From positions 310,001 through 374,000 of IMG/VR virus record IMGVR_UViG_3300047558_000137: a stretch of 64,000 nt of DNA. The stretch is one strand, 5' to 3'. Both the position numbers and the translations under genes were made by a program. Shown piece by piece: positions 23,408 to 33,756 of the stretch (its first letter is position 1; every line of letters starts with the position of its first letter). The notes under the pieces were generated by a model. That model searched no databases and was not told the DNA's origin. It saw nothing but the letters and a program-made list of their open reading frames with translations.

Positions 23408-26400
23408 TTAGGTAGAAGCTGCCCCTAAATTAGCGATTGTTCCAGGATTGTACAAGGCTATAGGAATGTAAATAAACTCAACATCACGCATTGGCTCAAC
23501 AGCAACGTCAACATATAGTTGATTGTTTGCAATTGCGCTAGATGTGTTATTGTTAGAGTCACAAATTACTAAGAAGTCATATAGACCGCGCTTGCTTAGA
23601 ACATCGTGTAACGCACTTTCAATTTGACGTGCAATAGTTTTTCTTGTTACAACGTCATTTGGTTCAAACAAGAAACCATTGCTGATTGTCTTGAAGACTG
23701 TGCGTAGATAGTTTTCTAGACGTACAACATTAATCTTGTTTCTAGAAGTTGTGTCGCCACTACGTGTTTCTTGACCCCAGATTACTAAACCTGTACCAGG
23801 CAATTGTGTAATTGGGTTAATATTTAATGAATATAGTGAATCACGTAGACCTTGGTTAATACCGTTGTGTACAAATGCACCAGTAGTTTTATTAATATAA
23901 CCAATGTCACTGATGTTGCTTACTAGACCACGATGTACACCAGCTGGTGCAAACCATTGATAGCTAACATTATCGTTGTACAAGAATGTACGTAGTACTG
24001 CATGACTTGCTGGTACTGCAACTGTATTTCCTGCTAGGTCGTTTGTTAAACCAGCTGGGTAATACACACCTAGGTATGGGCTAGCTGTTGCTAGGCCGTC
24101 ACCATTGGTATTGTTGCTCCAATTTGTAATGTCAGTGGTAGATGGTGCTAATGTCATTGGTGTGTCACCAATGATAAAACCAGTATTACCACGATCATTG
24201 TTTAACGTTACTAAGTTGTCAATTAGCTCTGGATAACCAGGTGCAACTAGCAAGTTAAAGTTGTAAGTTTCTTCACGAACGTCAATGTTACTATCAACTG
24301 CTGACTGTAAAGCTGCTACAACAATAGCACGTTGAGCTGCTGAACCTGCCTTCATAACACCGTTCTCATCTAATCCGCTATCGCTAACCCAAGAGTCAGT
24401 AATAGTTGGTGTGCTTGTTGGCAAACCTAATGTGTTAGAACCAGCTGGGAAACTTGCGGCGTTAAAATAGTCTGCTACAAATTTCTTAACGTTATAACCG
24501 CTGCGGCGTGTGTTAAACAACAAGATACCACGTGGATATAGTTTGTAGTTAGGTGCATCTAGATCTAGATAATCGCTAGTTAGCATATCAACTGTAGATG
24601 GGATGCCTTCATTGATTGGATCCACTGCGCCGTCTGCACTCCAACGTGCGTCAGCAAAAATGATACCATTTGAGCTTACGTGATCGGTGTTGTCTATTGC
24701 TACCCATGCGCTACCGTTATAACGATATAGACTTGGATAGTTTACTAAATCACTGCTGTCTAACCAAATATCGCCAGCTGCTAAAGCAGTACTGTCGCTT
24801 TGGCTTGTTGGCTGACTTGCGCTTACGATAACACCCATTGGGTCAGTGTTTCCTAATACATAACCGCGACTATCTGTGCCGGCACCTTGGTAGCCTTTCC
24901 AACCAGAACTAGTATTAACCATAATATCTACTTCGCTTGGATTGCTGTAATACCACAAAGTTCCGTCAACTGGGTTGCTAGTTGGGGCGCTCGCTTGGTA
25001 TGATATAAAGCGGTTTTGTCCTGTAAAATTACCAATATTTACAACATCGGTAATAGGGTTTACAGTGTATCCTACACGTTGGTATGGTACTAAACTTGTG
25101 TTATCTACTACAAATCCTGCATCTTGCAATGGTGTATCACTTACGTTTGTTAAAGTAACTTGGCCACCTAGTGCATGGCTGATAGTAATAGTTCCATTGC
25201 TATTAACCTCTGCAGATACATAAGGAACGTTGGCCGCTAAAATTGCTGTAACAAAATCTTCAGCTGACCCGCTGCTTAATGCAGGGATAGTTGCACTATT
25301 TGTTACGCCGCCTATTCCTGTTGCGCCAATAGTAAATGATCCAGTGATATCTGTCGGTGTATCACCTGTTCCAGATGAAGACACATTATCTGTTGATCCA
25401 CCTTGTACAGAGAATGTCAACGCATTATATGTAGTATCACCTACTAGATATGTTGCAACTGTTGTACCGTGCGGAATATTTTGGCCACCACCAGCTGGGT
25501 CTAAGTTAGCAATTGCGCTAACAAAACCAGTATACATAGAAACGCCAACTGAAGCCCAGCTGTCAGTTGATGCGTTGTATTTCTTCAATGAAGGATTAAA
25601 ACCGCCACCTGTTGATGTAGTTTTCCACCATACACTTCCTGATGGGCGAGGTTGAGAATCTGATGCGTACCAGCCACCTGTTGGCTGTTGAGCATAAGTG
25701 CCGTAGAAGAAATATGGGCAGTAGTAAGGGTTGCCTGAACCTACTGTAATTCCACAATTGTCCAACGGTGTATTTGTTGAATCAGATTCAACAAGAATTA
25801 GTTTACCGTCGGCTGATCCACCTGTACTTGCAGCTGAACTTGTTACATAGAATGACAAATAGCCGTCATTTACTTTTGCCTTAACACCAGTAATTGCTGC
25901 TGCGTTAACTGCCGCAGCCAACGCTGCTACTGTACCAGTGTTAAATGTAACTGTTGTACCGTTAACAGAAATAGTGCTAGCACCAGCTGTTAATGTTAGT
26001 GTTGGGTTAGCAACTGTACCTGTTGCAACTGGCAATGATAACTGCCACTCTGGGCTACCAACTTGTACCCAAACGTTAGGGCCTGGACCACCTGAGCCTG
26101 TTACAACTGCACTTGAACCAGTTTTGGAAAATAAACGAATGTAACCTAGTGGTTTAACGCTAGTATCTACTGCAACTAATGCATAGTCACCTGGCTTACC
26201 AATTGATGCAACTGGGGTAGCTACATCTGTTGTGCCGTTATATGTGCTATATGTAACCTTGTTACTATCTGTAACTACAATAGGATTAATATGAGTAAAT
26301 CCTGGTGTTGCAGAAGTATTATCTAACTCATACAAACCAAATTCAGTATTTGCTGTGTCTAGCCATAAATCGCCGTCGGCTACACGTCCAGCTGGACGAA

Positions 26401-26764
26401 CTGATGTGCCTGCTAATTGTGCTAAATCAACATCTGCACGGATAGCATACAATTGATTGCCTAAACCCAATGCGCTATATGCTGATAATAGGCCGTATTC
26501 GTTACGTTCGTCGCCGTTAATTGGTGTACCAGCTGAGCTCAATTGGAAGCCCGGTGTGCCCATAGCTGTTACCAAATCACGTTGACTTGTAAACGATAAT
26601 AATTTGCCAGCATTTGCTTTACTTGTGCCTACTGCTGGGCTATTGTTATATGTTTTGTCTTGTGCTGTTGCTAATAGTACCAATGGGACAGAGCCAACAT
26701 TTGAATTTACATATTGGCTTTGGTCATTAATGGAAATTTGAATTCCTGGTGAAACTAGTGCCAT
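23408..26764 (-). CDS. gp18: Tail sheath protein gp18 with large insertion
   Basis: MALVSPG N-terminus; NEYGLL; WFAPAG..RG; INPI; WGQET; INVVRL; FEPND; EFIYI. Confidence 0.93.
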   Translation of the reverse strand: MALVSPGIQISINDQSQYVNSNVGSVPLVLLATAQDKTYNNSPAVGTSKANAGKLLSFTSQRDLVTAMGTPGFQLSSAGTPINGDERNEYGLLSAYSALGLGNQLYAIRADVDLAQLAGTSVRPAGRVADGDLWLDTANTEFGLYELDNTSATPGFTHINPIVVTDSNKVTYSTYNGTTDVATPVASIGKPGDYALVAVDTSVKPLGYIRLFSKTGSSAVVTGSGGPGPNVWVQVGSPEWQLSLPVATGTVANPTLTLTAGASTISVNGTTVTFNTGTVAALAAAVNAAAITGVKAKVNDGYLSFYVTSSAASTGGSADGKLILVESDSTNTPLDNCGITVGSGNPYYCPYFFYGTYAQQPTGGWYASDSQPRPSGSVWWKTTSTGGGFNPSLKKYNASTDSWASVGVSMYTGFVSAIANLDPAGGGQNIPHGTTVATYLVGDTTYNALTFSVQGGSTDNVSSSGTGDTPTDITGSFTIGATGIGGVTNSATIPALSSGSAEDFVTAILAANVPYVSAEVNSNGTITISHALGGQVTLTNVSDTPLQDAGFVVDNTSLVPYQRVGYTVNPITDVVNIGNFTGQNRFISYQASAPTSNPVDGTLWYYSNPSEVDIMVNTSSGWKGYQGAGTDSRGYVLGNTDPMGVIVSASQPTSQSDSTALAAGDIWLDSSDLVNYPSLYRYNGSAWVAIDNTDHVSSNGIIFADARWSADGAVDPINEGIPSTVDMLTSDYLDLDAPNYKLYPRGILLFNTRRSGYNVKKFVADYFNAASFPAGSNTLGLPTSTPTITDSWVSDSGLDENGVMKAGSAAQRAIVVAALQSAVDSNIDVREETYNFNLLVAPGYPELIDNLVTLNNDRGNTGFIIGDTPMTLAPSTTDITNWSNNTNGDGLATASPYLGVYYPAGLTNDLAGNTVAVPASHAVLRTFLYNDNVSYQWFAPAGVHRGLVSNISDIGYINKTTGAFVHNGINQGLRDSLYSLNINPITQLPGTGLVIWGQETRSGDTTSRNKINVVRLENYLRTVFKTISNGFLFEPNDVVTRKTIARQIESALHDVLSKRGLYDFLVICDSNNNTSSAIANNQLYVDVAVEPMRDVEFIYIPIALYNPGTIANLGAAST

Positions 26765-26812
26765 GGTTATATTCCTTTATAATACATGTTATGAATATTT
26801 AGTTTAAAAAGG

Positions 26813-26838
26813 AAAAAAGGCACTACTACAGGTGCCTT
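26813..26838 (-). terminator. Intrinsic terminator upstream of the sheath promoter
   Basis: AAGGCAC/GUGCCUU hairpin followed by a U run. Confidence 0.6.
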
Positions 26839-26865
26839 GGCAAAGGTTTTGCAATAAATAGGTAT

Positions 26866-27216
26866 ATGCTAGAACGTAAATTATGTCCTGTATGCCATAC
26901 TAATCCGGTTGCTGTTAACTATGTTAAAGATGGTGTTACCCATTATCGAAATAGTTGTGCTAGCTGTATCCGAAAAGGGCGTAAATTAAAGCCGACCCCG
27001 CCGGCTTGGGCAAGATCGGGCTATAAGAAAAAAGCAAACTGCGAGAAATGCAATTTCAAATTTAAGTTTCCAGAACAGAGTGTTGTGTTCAATGTAGACG
27101 GAAACTTAAAGAATAATAACTGGGCCAATTTAAAAACGGTTTGCCTTAATTGCCAACAAGAAATTTATAAAAGCAAACTGGGGTGGAAGGCTAGCCCTAT
27201 TGTGCCAGATTTTTAA
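26866..27216 (+). CDS. Zn-finger protein with degenerate HNH-like motif
   Basis: Four CxxC pairs; VFNVDGNLKNNNWANLKTVCLNCQ matches the HNH scaffold without the His residues. Confidence 0.65.
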   Translation: MLERKLCPVCHTNPVAVNYVKDGVTHYRNSCASCIRKGRKLKPTPPAWARSGYKKKANCEKCNFKFKFPEQSVVFNVDGNLKNNNWANLKTVCLNCQQEIYKSKLGWKASPIVPDF

Positions 27217-27808
27217 GTTGGGTATACAACTGTTCGATGCTGCCGTTATTGTCAATTATCGCATCAAACTCTGTTCCAGCCCAACTGTATTCGCTAGCAT
27301 GAATACCTAGTTCTTTTAGTTTAGTCTGTGCAAGTAAGTCACCAGCATTGGCGTTTGCAGCCATAACATACCAGCTAGGTTGTTCGCCACGCTGTATCCA
27401 AACAATCTTTGCCCCACGCTGTTTTAGAACTTTAATTTCATTTGGAAATCGGCAATCTGTAATAACAATGCTGTCTTTACTGGTGCGTAGTTTGTTTTCC
27501 AAACTAGCAATCCACATATCATCGTGGAATTCTTCACGTATAACTTCTGTGCCCCATTGCTGTAGTACATAACGTGGTGTAATAGGCTTGCCCAGTCGTT
27601 CACTCCACCAGGCATCAGGTTGCTCTCGCCATTCGCGGCTTTCTTTAGTACGACCTTCTAGCATTTCCCTGTCCCACCCGAATACTGAGCTCACAGCATC
27701 TTTAAGACTATTAGCAAAACTCTCACGTCTGAACTCGTGGAAGTTTACAAGATAATCTGCCGCTGTATCTTTACCGCTACCAATTAAACCGCAAATGCCA
27801 ATGATCAT
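27197..27808 (-). CDS. gp1: Deoxynucleoside monophosphate kinase (gp1-like)
   Basis: IIGICGLIGSGKDT P-loop, SFANSLKD, TPRYVLQQWGTE, ITDCRFPNE, HASE. Confidence 0.92.
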   Translation of the reverse strand: MIIGICGLIGSGKDTAADYLVNFHEFRRESFANSLKDAVSSVFGWDREMLEGRTKESREWREQPDAWWSERLGKPITPRYVLQQWGTEVIREEFHDDMWIASLENKLRTSKDSIVITDCRFPNEIKVLKQRGAKIVWIQRGEQPSWYVMAANANAGDLLAQTKLKELGIHASEYSWAGTEFDAIIDNNGSIEQLYTQLKNLAQ

Positions 27809-27859
27809 AAAAAATGCCCCTTTCGGAGCATTTTAACATTAACCTGTAATCCAAGTCAA
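27809..27859 (-). promoter_or_regulatory. Terminator hairpin with overlapping sigma70 promoter
   Basis: AAAAUGCUCC-GAAA-GGGGCAUUUU(UU); TTGACT-N18-TAAAAT with extended TG; the -10 lies in the 5' arm. Confidence 0.55.
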
Positions 27860-28750
27860 CGGTTGTGAGCCATCAACATAGGTTTTTAGATCCTCTTCTA
27901 GTTTAATCATTTCTTCTTTGGCTTCTGCTACCATACTGGCACCGTTTAGACTTGCGCCACCTTGAGGGCCGGCAATAGTGCTGAACTTGCTGTATGCTTG
28001 TCCTAACAACATCTTACTGAAGCTGTATGCATACTCCTGTAACCACGGAAATGCGTAAGTATCATTAAAGATCATTTGATCTGGTTTGGTGTTATAAATC
28101 CATAACAAGACATCTTCTTGCTGATCTAACGGGGGGTTTGCGCCTTGATAAGGCATCTTACGCACAACAACCAGCTTTTTAGTAACTGGGTTGAATGTAA
28201 AGTTCATAAAGCCACCGAACATACGCATAGCCAACTTCTGATAGTCAACAAATAGTTCATAGTTAGTCAGGCCACCCACACGACCTGCTGTTAGCATATA
28301 AGTGTTTAAATAGCCCGAAGCAAAGGGTTCAAATTGACTTGCTGTTGTGCCTGTTACGCTACCAATACCTCGACGATAAATTGCACGTACTGTTTGTACT
28401 TCTTTAGGCAATATGTATTCTTGTGTTTCGGGCAATAGCTTTAAGTGTGCATAGCTTTCTTCAACGCTGTTTTGAGCACGTTGGCGGTACTTAACTAGGG
28501 CCTGTGTAATAGCCATTTCATAATGCTCTTTTTCCAACTCAACATCAACAATGCCATCACCTAAACGCATACGAACGTAGTCAGTTATAGCCGCACGTTG
28601 TGCATCAGATGAAGTATAGTCAGTCGGGTCGTAGGCAATGTGTCCTGCGCCCGATCCTGTGTTTGCATTGAAAAGGCTAGCAGTTTCTATGTTCTGATGT
28701 GCGTCAAAACCCGATTCTGCTGTTGGGGTATTTGGATATGGTGTTGGCAT
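27839..28750 (-). CDS. gp13: Neck protein gp13
   Basis: MRLGDGIVDVELEKEH...WLQEYA...GQAYSKFSTIAGPQGGASLNG. Start set at 28750 (AGGA SD). Confidence 0.85.
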   Translation of the reverse strand: MPTPYPNTPTAESGFDAHQNIETASLFNANTGSGAGHIAYDPTDYTSSDAQRAAITDYVRMRLGDGIVDVELEKEHYEMAITQALVKYRQRAQNSVEESYAHLKLLPETQEYILPKEVQTVRAIYRRGIGSVTGTTASQFEPFASGYLNTYMLTAGRVGGLTNYELFVDYQKLAMRMFGGFMNFTFNPVTKKLVVVRKMPYQGANPPLDQQEDVLLWIYNTKPDQMIFNDTYAFPWLQEYAYSFSKMLLGQAYSKFSTIAGPQGGASLNGASMVAEAKEEMIKLEEDLKTYVDGSQPLTWITG

Positions 28751-28776
28751 CGCTGTTCCTATATCCAATATTTATG

Positions 28777-29031
28777 CTAATCCCGAAGCAGATCCCAAAT
28801 CCCATACTTCTCGTAATTGGCCCATTCGGGACCTTTGTATGCTAGTTCAAGCTCGCTTCTACGTAATTGATACTCTAGATCACGTATCTCTGCTATAGCA
28901 CCTGGCTTGTACGGCAGTTTTTTAGCGCGAACTTGACCAATCTTGTTACGGATCCATTCTTGTTCGCGCTGTAATCTACCGACATACTCAGGCTTTGTGT
29001 TAGGCGGTTCTAAGTAATACGACATCTTCAC
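28777..29031 (-). CDS. Hypothetical protein
   Basis: 84 aa ORF overlapping the upstream gene end; exact start uncertain. Confidence 0.5.
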   Translation of the reverse strand: MKMSYYLEPPNTKPEYVGRLQREQEWIRNKIGQVRAKKLPYKPGAIAEIRDLEYQLRRSELELAYKGPEWANYEKYGIWDLLRD

Positions 29032-30166
29032 TAATCCTACCGTTTAATTTGGTTTCTGTAGCTTTGATATCTTCGATAAACTTACGCAACTGCACTTTAC
29101 CAGCTTTGGCAAACTCTTTTAGCTTTTCATCTGGCTTGCGTAGGGTTTTACTGATTGACTTGTCAGTATCAAATCCAATAATTGTGGTCCCTTTGATTCC
29201 CAGGGTTTGATAGCTTGCAGACACATATTTTCCCAGCTTGCGAGTTTTAATGTTATAGACCCAGAGCTCTGCGGCTCCAATAATGTCTGCAGGATTGATT
29301 GACACGATCTTAAGAGCGGCATCTGTTTTACAATATTTGAGCTTGGCAACCAGTTTTTCTTTACTTGGAGCCTTCTTAACTCGTGCTTTCTTAGTAGCTT
29401 TTTTAACGCCTCTGTACTGCTCAACTGCACCAAGTAGGTCATCGATCCAACCAATGATGCGTTTGAAGTCAGCGGTTTTAAGATAACTGTAAGCCTCTTT
29501 AAGTTGTTCATCCTTTTTACCTTGTGCTTCTTCAAGTTCTGCTTTGCGCTTTTTGTAAACAGCTTCATACTTGCTCAATTGGCTCTGTACAACGCTGTTA
29601 GACTGCAACCAGTCGTAGGGCTTGAACTTATCTGCTGTATTTGCGACAACATCATCAAACAGGCCTTCAAGTTCGCCGATCAACTCGCTTGTTTTTTCGT
29701 TAAGGCGATCCTGGATAGTTGGCACGTATGCTTTAGGCTTGTCGTCCTCAGCAGTCTCAACAACTTCCGGCTCAGCTTTTTCAATAACTTCAAGGATACA
29801 CTTGTCAATAAACTCAATGTGGTTGCCACGGAACTGCATACCTTTGCGGTGTGCCATAATCAAACTGCATACGGTCATCGGTAGCAGGCGATCGCTAGCA
29901 CGGATAAAGGCTCGTACTTCATCTTTAGTAAACTCGCTGTTGCCTTGCATCCACTCTACAACATGCTTTTTACAGTCTTTTTGGCTGTAGTAGTAATTGT
30001 AGTAATAAAAGCTCTTACGCAAGCGGTTATCAAAACGCTCTTGGTCCCACTCTTTAGCTTCTTCGGGCCATTCAGGCTCAGCACCTGTGTACTTTTCATC
30101 TGCAAATGCAGCCAAACGCACTTTGGGCTGTTTGGTTTTAATCTTGATACCAGCAACTGTTGCCAT
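29000..30166 (-). CDS. Basic hypothetical protein
   Basis: Lys-rich; C-terminus KTLRKP...LNGRISEDVVLL; GGAG SD and TAATG coupling at 30166. Confidence 0.75.
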   Translation of the reverse strand: MATVAGIKIKTKQPKVRLAAFADEKYTGAEPEWPEEAKEWDQERFDNRLRKSFYYYNYYYSQKDCKKHVVEWMQGNSEFTKDEVRAFIRASDRLLPMTVCSLIMAHRKGMQFRGNHIEFIDKCILEVIEKAEPEVVETAEDDKPKAYVPTIQDRLNEKTSELIGELEGLFDDVVANTADKFKPYDWLQSNSVVQSQLSKYEAVYKKRKAELEEAQGKKDEQLKEAYSYLKTADFKRIIGWIDDLLGAVEQYRGVKKATKKARVKKAPSKEKLVAKLKYCKTDAALKIVSINPADIIGAAELWVYNIKTRKLGKYVSASYQTLGIKGTTIIGFDTDKSISKTLRKPDEKLKEFAKAGKVQLRKFIEDIKATETKLNGRISEDVVLLRTA

Positions 30167-30393
30167 TAGATTCTCCGTTTTTTCCAATCATATGTGTTAC
30201 CGTCGGGCAACACGCCTTCTTTAATACTGTCCACGCCTTGTTTGCCCACTAGGTTAGGGTTCTCTGTTGCAATAACAACAAAGGTGCCGCCGGCATCACG
30301 GGCGTCTTTGGCCACGTTCAATGCTTCGCCTAGTTCTGTTCGGAACAAACTGTGTTCGCGACCAATTTTGTCTGTCCAGTATATTTTATGCAT
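30166..30393 (-). CDS. Hypothetical protein
   Basis: 75 aa ORF overlapping both neighbours. Confidence 0.7.
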   Translation of the reverse strand: MHKIYWTDKIGREHSLFRTELGEALNVAKDARDAGGTFVVIATENPNLVGKQGVDSIKEGVLPDGNTYDWKKRRI

Positions 30394-30844
30394 TTTCTAA
30401 TATTTTGTAAAATAATTGTTCGAATTTTACAGTGAGCAGTTTTTCTCGGCTCCATGCCTCACGTTCCCATGGGCGGTCCCAATACTCTGCGTTGACCTGT
30501 TTGCCTAACCAAAAATGTGTGTCACCGTCATACTCGTCAACAAAGAACCAGTAGTGCCCTTTGACCATTTGCTTAACATGAATCATTTCATGTGCTAGTA
30601 CTTGAATCAATGAGTCAAACTTCAATGAGCTGTCTACAAATATCACAATCTGCTTACGGCCCTTAACAGGATCGTCCATTTGGCACATGCCCCGGGCACC
30701 TTGATCTTTAATCAAACCCTTGACAGAGTATACATAAAGATCAAATTTGTTGTTTAACAACTTGAGTTCTTCTGCATAGAATGGCACAGCCATGTCAATG
30801 ATCTGAAACAAACGATTAGTTTTTGCGCGGATGTGTAAGTTCAT
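30386..30844 (-). CDS. Putative zinc metallopeptidase (HExxH)
   Basis: LAHEMIHVKQ and PWEREA; extended -10 TGcTATAAT just upstream. Confidence 0.75.
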   Translation of the reverse strand: MNLHIRAKTNRLFQIIDMAVPFYAEELKLLNNKFDLYVYSVKGLIKDQGARGMCQMDDPVKGRKQIVIFVDSSLKFDSLIQVLAHEMIHVKQMVKGHYWFFVDEYDGDTHFWLGKQVNAEYWDRPWEREAWSREKLLTVKFEQLFYKILENA

Positions 30845-30869
30845 AGCTTAATTATAGCACAGTTTTGGA

Positions 30870-31136
30870 TTAGCTGTATGTTAGCACAGCAATTAAACTA
30901 TATTGCTGGAAATGTTTAATACTTTCGTTAAACTTTTCCTCAATTTCCCGGTATTTTGTTGTAAAAACGCCACGGCGCCTGCAGGCAATCATTTCTGTGT
31001 CTAGCTCTGCCCAGTACTTTCGTACTACATTGTAGAACTTCCACATTGCACTTTTAGCACGTATATCAGATATTGACTGTAGTGCTGTTAAACACTCGTC
31101 CAATTTAAGGTGATTTTGGTGGTGGTGCGCTTGCAT
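30870..31136 (-). CDS. Hypothetical early protein
   Basis: 88 aa; ATG 6 nt after a TATAAT box. Confidence 0.65.
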   Translation of the reverse strand: MQAHHHQNHLKLDECLTALQSISDIRAKSAMWKFYNVVRKYWAELDTEMIACRRRGVFTTKYREIEEKFNESIKHFQQYSLIAVLTYS

Positions 31137-31142
31137 GTCAGC

Positions 31143-31171
31143 ATTATACGATAAAATGGATAAACTGCCAA
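31143..31171 (-). promoter_or_regulatory. sigma70 early promoter
   Basis: TTGGCA-N17-TATAAT, back-to-back with a + strand TAAATA. Confidence 0.7.
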
Positions 31172-31200
31172 GCCCATAAATACAACATTAGGGACTAAAC

Positions 31201-32376
31201 ATGGCAAGATTAAGTCTTTGGAAAGACGGTCGTCACAGTAACGATTATAAATTTATTGATCGCAGAATTAGCGAGATGTTTACCATTGGCGGTACAGGCA
31301 TTTTGGTTAACAAATATCTAGGACCAGTAGAACAAACTGGTAGCACAGATCCTACGAAACCCGATTATACAAATCAAAGCGAATTAAACATTCAAGACTT
31401 GCTTTGGATAGAAAACCGAGATCGCAAATATGATCCGGATGTTTATAAAATGCGTGGCATCTATCAACGTGCCGACAGTGACTTTGATTTAAGTCAGTTT
31501 GGACTGTTTTTACAAACTGGTACACTGTTTATGGTGTTTCATTTGCGAGACATGGTAGATATTTTAGGTCGCAAACTAATGTCAGGTGACGTATTAGAAC
31601 TACAACACTTGAAAGATTACGACTCTTTGGATCAGGACGTTCCAGCAGCACTAAAACGTTACTATGTTGTTGCTGATACTAGCTTTGCTAGCGAAGGTTT
31701 TAGTCCGACTTGGTGGCCACACTTGTGGCGTGTTAAGCTGAATCCGTTAGTGGATAGCCAAGAATACAAAGACATTATTGATAATATTGCTGCCGGTCCC
31801 AACACTACTACTCCAGTTGGTCAGATTTTAAGTACATTAGACAAATACCAAGCAATTAATGATGCTATTGTGGCACAGGCCGAACTAGATGTTCCAAAGT
31901 CTGGCTATAGCACAGAGCCATTCTATACATTGCCTACTACAGAAGATTCTGCTAATCCAATTGGTCCAATAATTAGCGCAGATACATTGGCAATTACTGC
32001 CGACAACACCGGCACAACTGTTAATTCAGGTGTATCTAGTCCTTTGGACAAGATAAAAGGATACCTAACAGGCGATGGTATTGCACCAAATGGTTTAGTT
32101 ACCGGATCAGGTATATCATTTCCTCCTGATGCTAACCAAGGTGATTATTTCCTACGCTTAGATTATCTACCTAATCGACTATTTAGATTTAACGGCACAC
32201 GCTGGTCTAAAGTAGAAGATGTACAACGCACTAACTTAACACCTGGTGCAACAAATAACACCACACAACGTAGCGGCTATGTTAACAATTCAAACACATA
32301 TACTGACGCTCAAGGTAATACATATAATGAATTACAACCGTTAAGCAGTATATTAAATCCTAAGGCAGACAATTAA
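31201..32376 (+). CDS. gp14: Neck protein gp14-like
   Basis: DLLWIENRDRKY...FDLSQFGLFL...GRKLMSGDVLEL; precedes the gp15-like gene. Confidence 0.65.
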   Translation: MARLSLWKDGRHSNDYKFIDRRISEMFTIGGTGILVNKYLGPVEQTGSTDPTKPDYTNQSELNIQDLLWIENRDRKYDPDVYKMRGIYQRADSDFDLSQFGLFLQTGTLFMVFHLRDMVDILGRKLMSGDVLELQHLKDYDSLDQDVPAALKRYYVVADTSFASEGFSPTWWPHLWRVKLNPLVDSQEYKDIIDNIAAGPNTTTPVGQILSTLDKYQAINDAIVAQAELDVPKSGYSTEPFYTLPTTEDSANPIGPIISADTLAITADNTGTTVNSGVSSPLDKIKGYLTGDGIAPNGLVTGSGISFPPDANQGDYFLRLDYLPNRLFRFNGTRWSKVEDVQRTNLTPGATNNTTQRSGYVNNSNTYTDAQGNTYNELQPLSSILNPKADN

Positions 32377-33755
32377 TGGCAGCGGTACAGTTTACATACG
32401 ACGGACAACTGCGTCGATTCGTGACACAATTTATTAGAATGGTGTCAAACTTTCAAGTTGAGTTTGGAAAAGATGCACAAGGCAATAGAACATTACAAAC
32501 TGTTCCTGTCTATTATGGAGATGCAAGTCGTCAAGCATCAATGATCCTACGCAACAACAGCGAAAACATGATGAATGCTGTTCCTGCTATGGCTGCATAC
32601 ATATCATCACTAGATTATGATCGTGAACGTATGCAAAATCCATACCACGAAAGTGTAATGCGTGTTAGAGAACGTAGTTTCGATACAGTCAATCATGAAT
32701 TTACTACAACACAAGACGGAATCTACACTGTAGAACGTTTAATGCCGGCGCCATACAAACTAACAATGAAGTTAGATATATGGACTAGTAACACAGAACA
32801 GAAGCATCAATTGATTGAACAGATGATTCCTTTGTTTAATCCTGGATTTGAAATACAAAGTACAGATAACTATCTTGATTGGGCCAGTTTAAGTGTAGCA
32901 TTGTTAACCAATGTACAATATACCAGCAGAACAGTACCAATGGGTGCAGACGAAAGCATTGATATTGCAACCCTAACGTTTGAATTACCAATTTGGATAA
33001 CACTACCTGCTAAGGTTAAGAAGATGGGCGTTGTTGCACAGATCCTTGCAAACATTTACGATGCAAATGGTGATCTAAGCGAAGACTTTATTACTGCATC
33101 ACAAGGATTAATTAGCCAACAACGCTTTACACCAATGAATTACAAAGTATTGTATATCGGAAATACATTAACATTGTATAAGAGTTCGGCAACAGATGCA
33201 GGTGGCGTAGTACACGGCAACAAAGTTCGTTGGAGAGACATGGCTAACCTATACGGAACCATTGTTAATGGTATAAGCCAAGTTCGTTTAACGTTTGATT
33301 ATCCAGACGGTCCACACGAAATTGTAGGAACCGTTGCATTTGATCCTAGTGATGATAGTAAATTGCTGTACACGCCGATACCAGCAACACTTCCTGCAAA
33401 CACAATGTCGCCAGTTGATGCCATCATTGATCCACAGAACATTAGTAATGACAATCTCGGACTATTATCTCCAAGTACAGGCACACGTTATTTGATACTA
33501 AATCCAATCGGTGCAGCAAATAGCGAGTCGGCAGTGGCCTGGGCAGGAACAGCGGGAACTAACTTAATTGCTAACGCCAATGATATTATCCAATGGAACG
33601 GAAATTACTGGACTGTCTCTTTTGATTCTAGAGAATCTAGTGTACAATATGTAACAAACTTAAATACAACCACACAATATCGTTGGACCGGTAATGAATG
33701 GGTTAAGAGTTACGAAGGTCTATACGATTCAGGCTACTGGAGCCTAGTAATATAA
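32376..33755 (+). CDS. gp15: Tail sheath stabilizer / tail completion protein gp15-like
   Basis: FTYDGQLRRF...VPVYYG...PAPYKL...QLIEQMIPLFNP...TLTF. Confidence 0.8.
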   Translation: MAAVQFTYDGQLRRFVTQFIRMVSNFQVEFGKDAQGNRTLQTVPVYYGDASRQASMILRNNSENMMNAVPAMAAYISSLDYDRERMQNPYHESVMRVRERSFDTVNHEFTTTQDGIYTVERLMPAPYKLTMKLDIWTSNTEQKHQLIEQMIPLFNPGFEIQSTDNYLDWASLSVALLTNVQYTSRTVPMGADESIDIATLTFELPIWITLPAKVKKMGVVAQILANIYDANGDLSEDFITASQGLISQQRFTPMNYKVLYIGNTLTLYKSSATDAGGVVHGNKVRWRDMANLYGTIVNGISQVRLTFDYPDGPHEIVGTVAFDPSDDSKLLYTPIPATLPANTMSPVDAIIDPQNISNDNLGLLSPSTGTRYLILNPIGAANSESAVAWAGTAGTNLIANANDIIQWNGNYWTVSFDSRESSVQYVTNLNTTTQYRWTGNEWVKSYEGLYDSGYWSLVI

Positions 33756-33756
33756 A

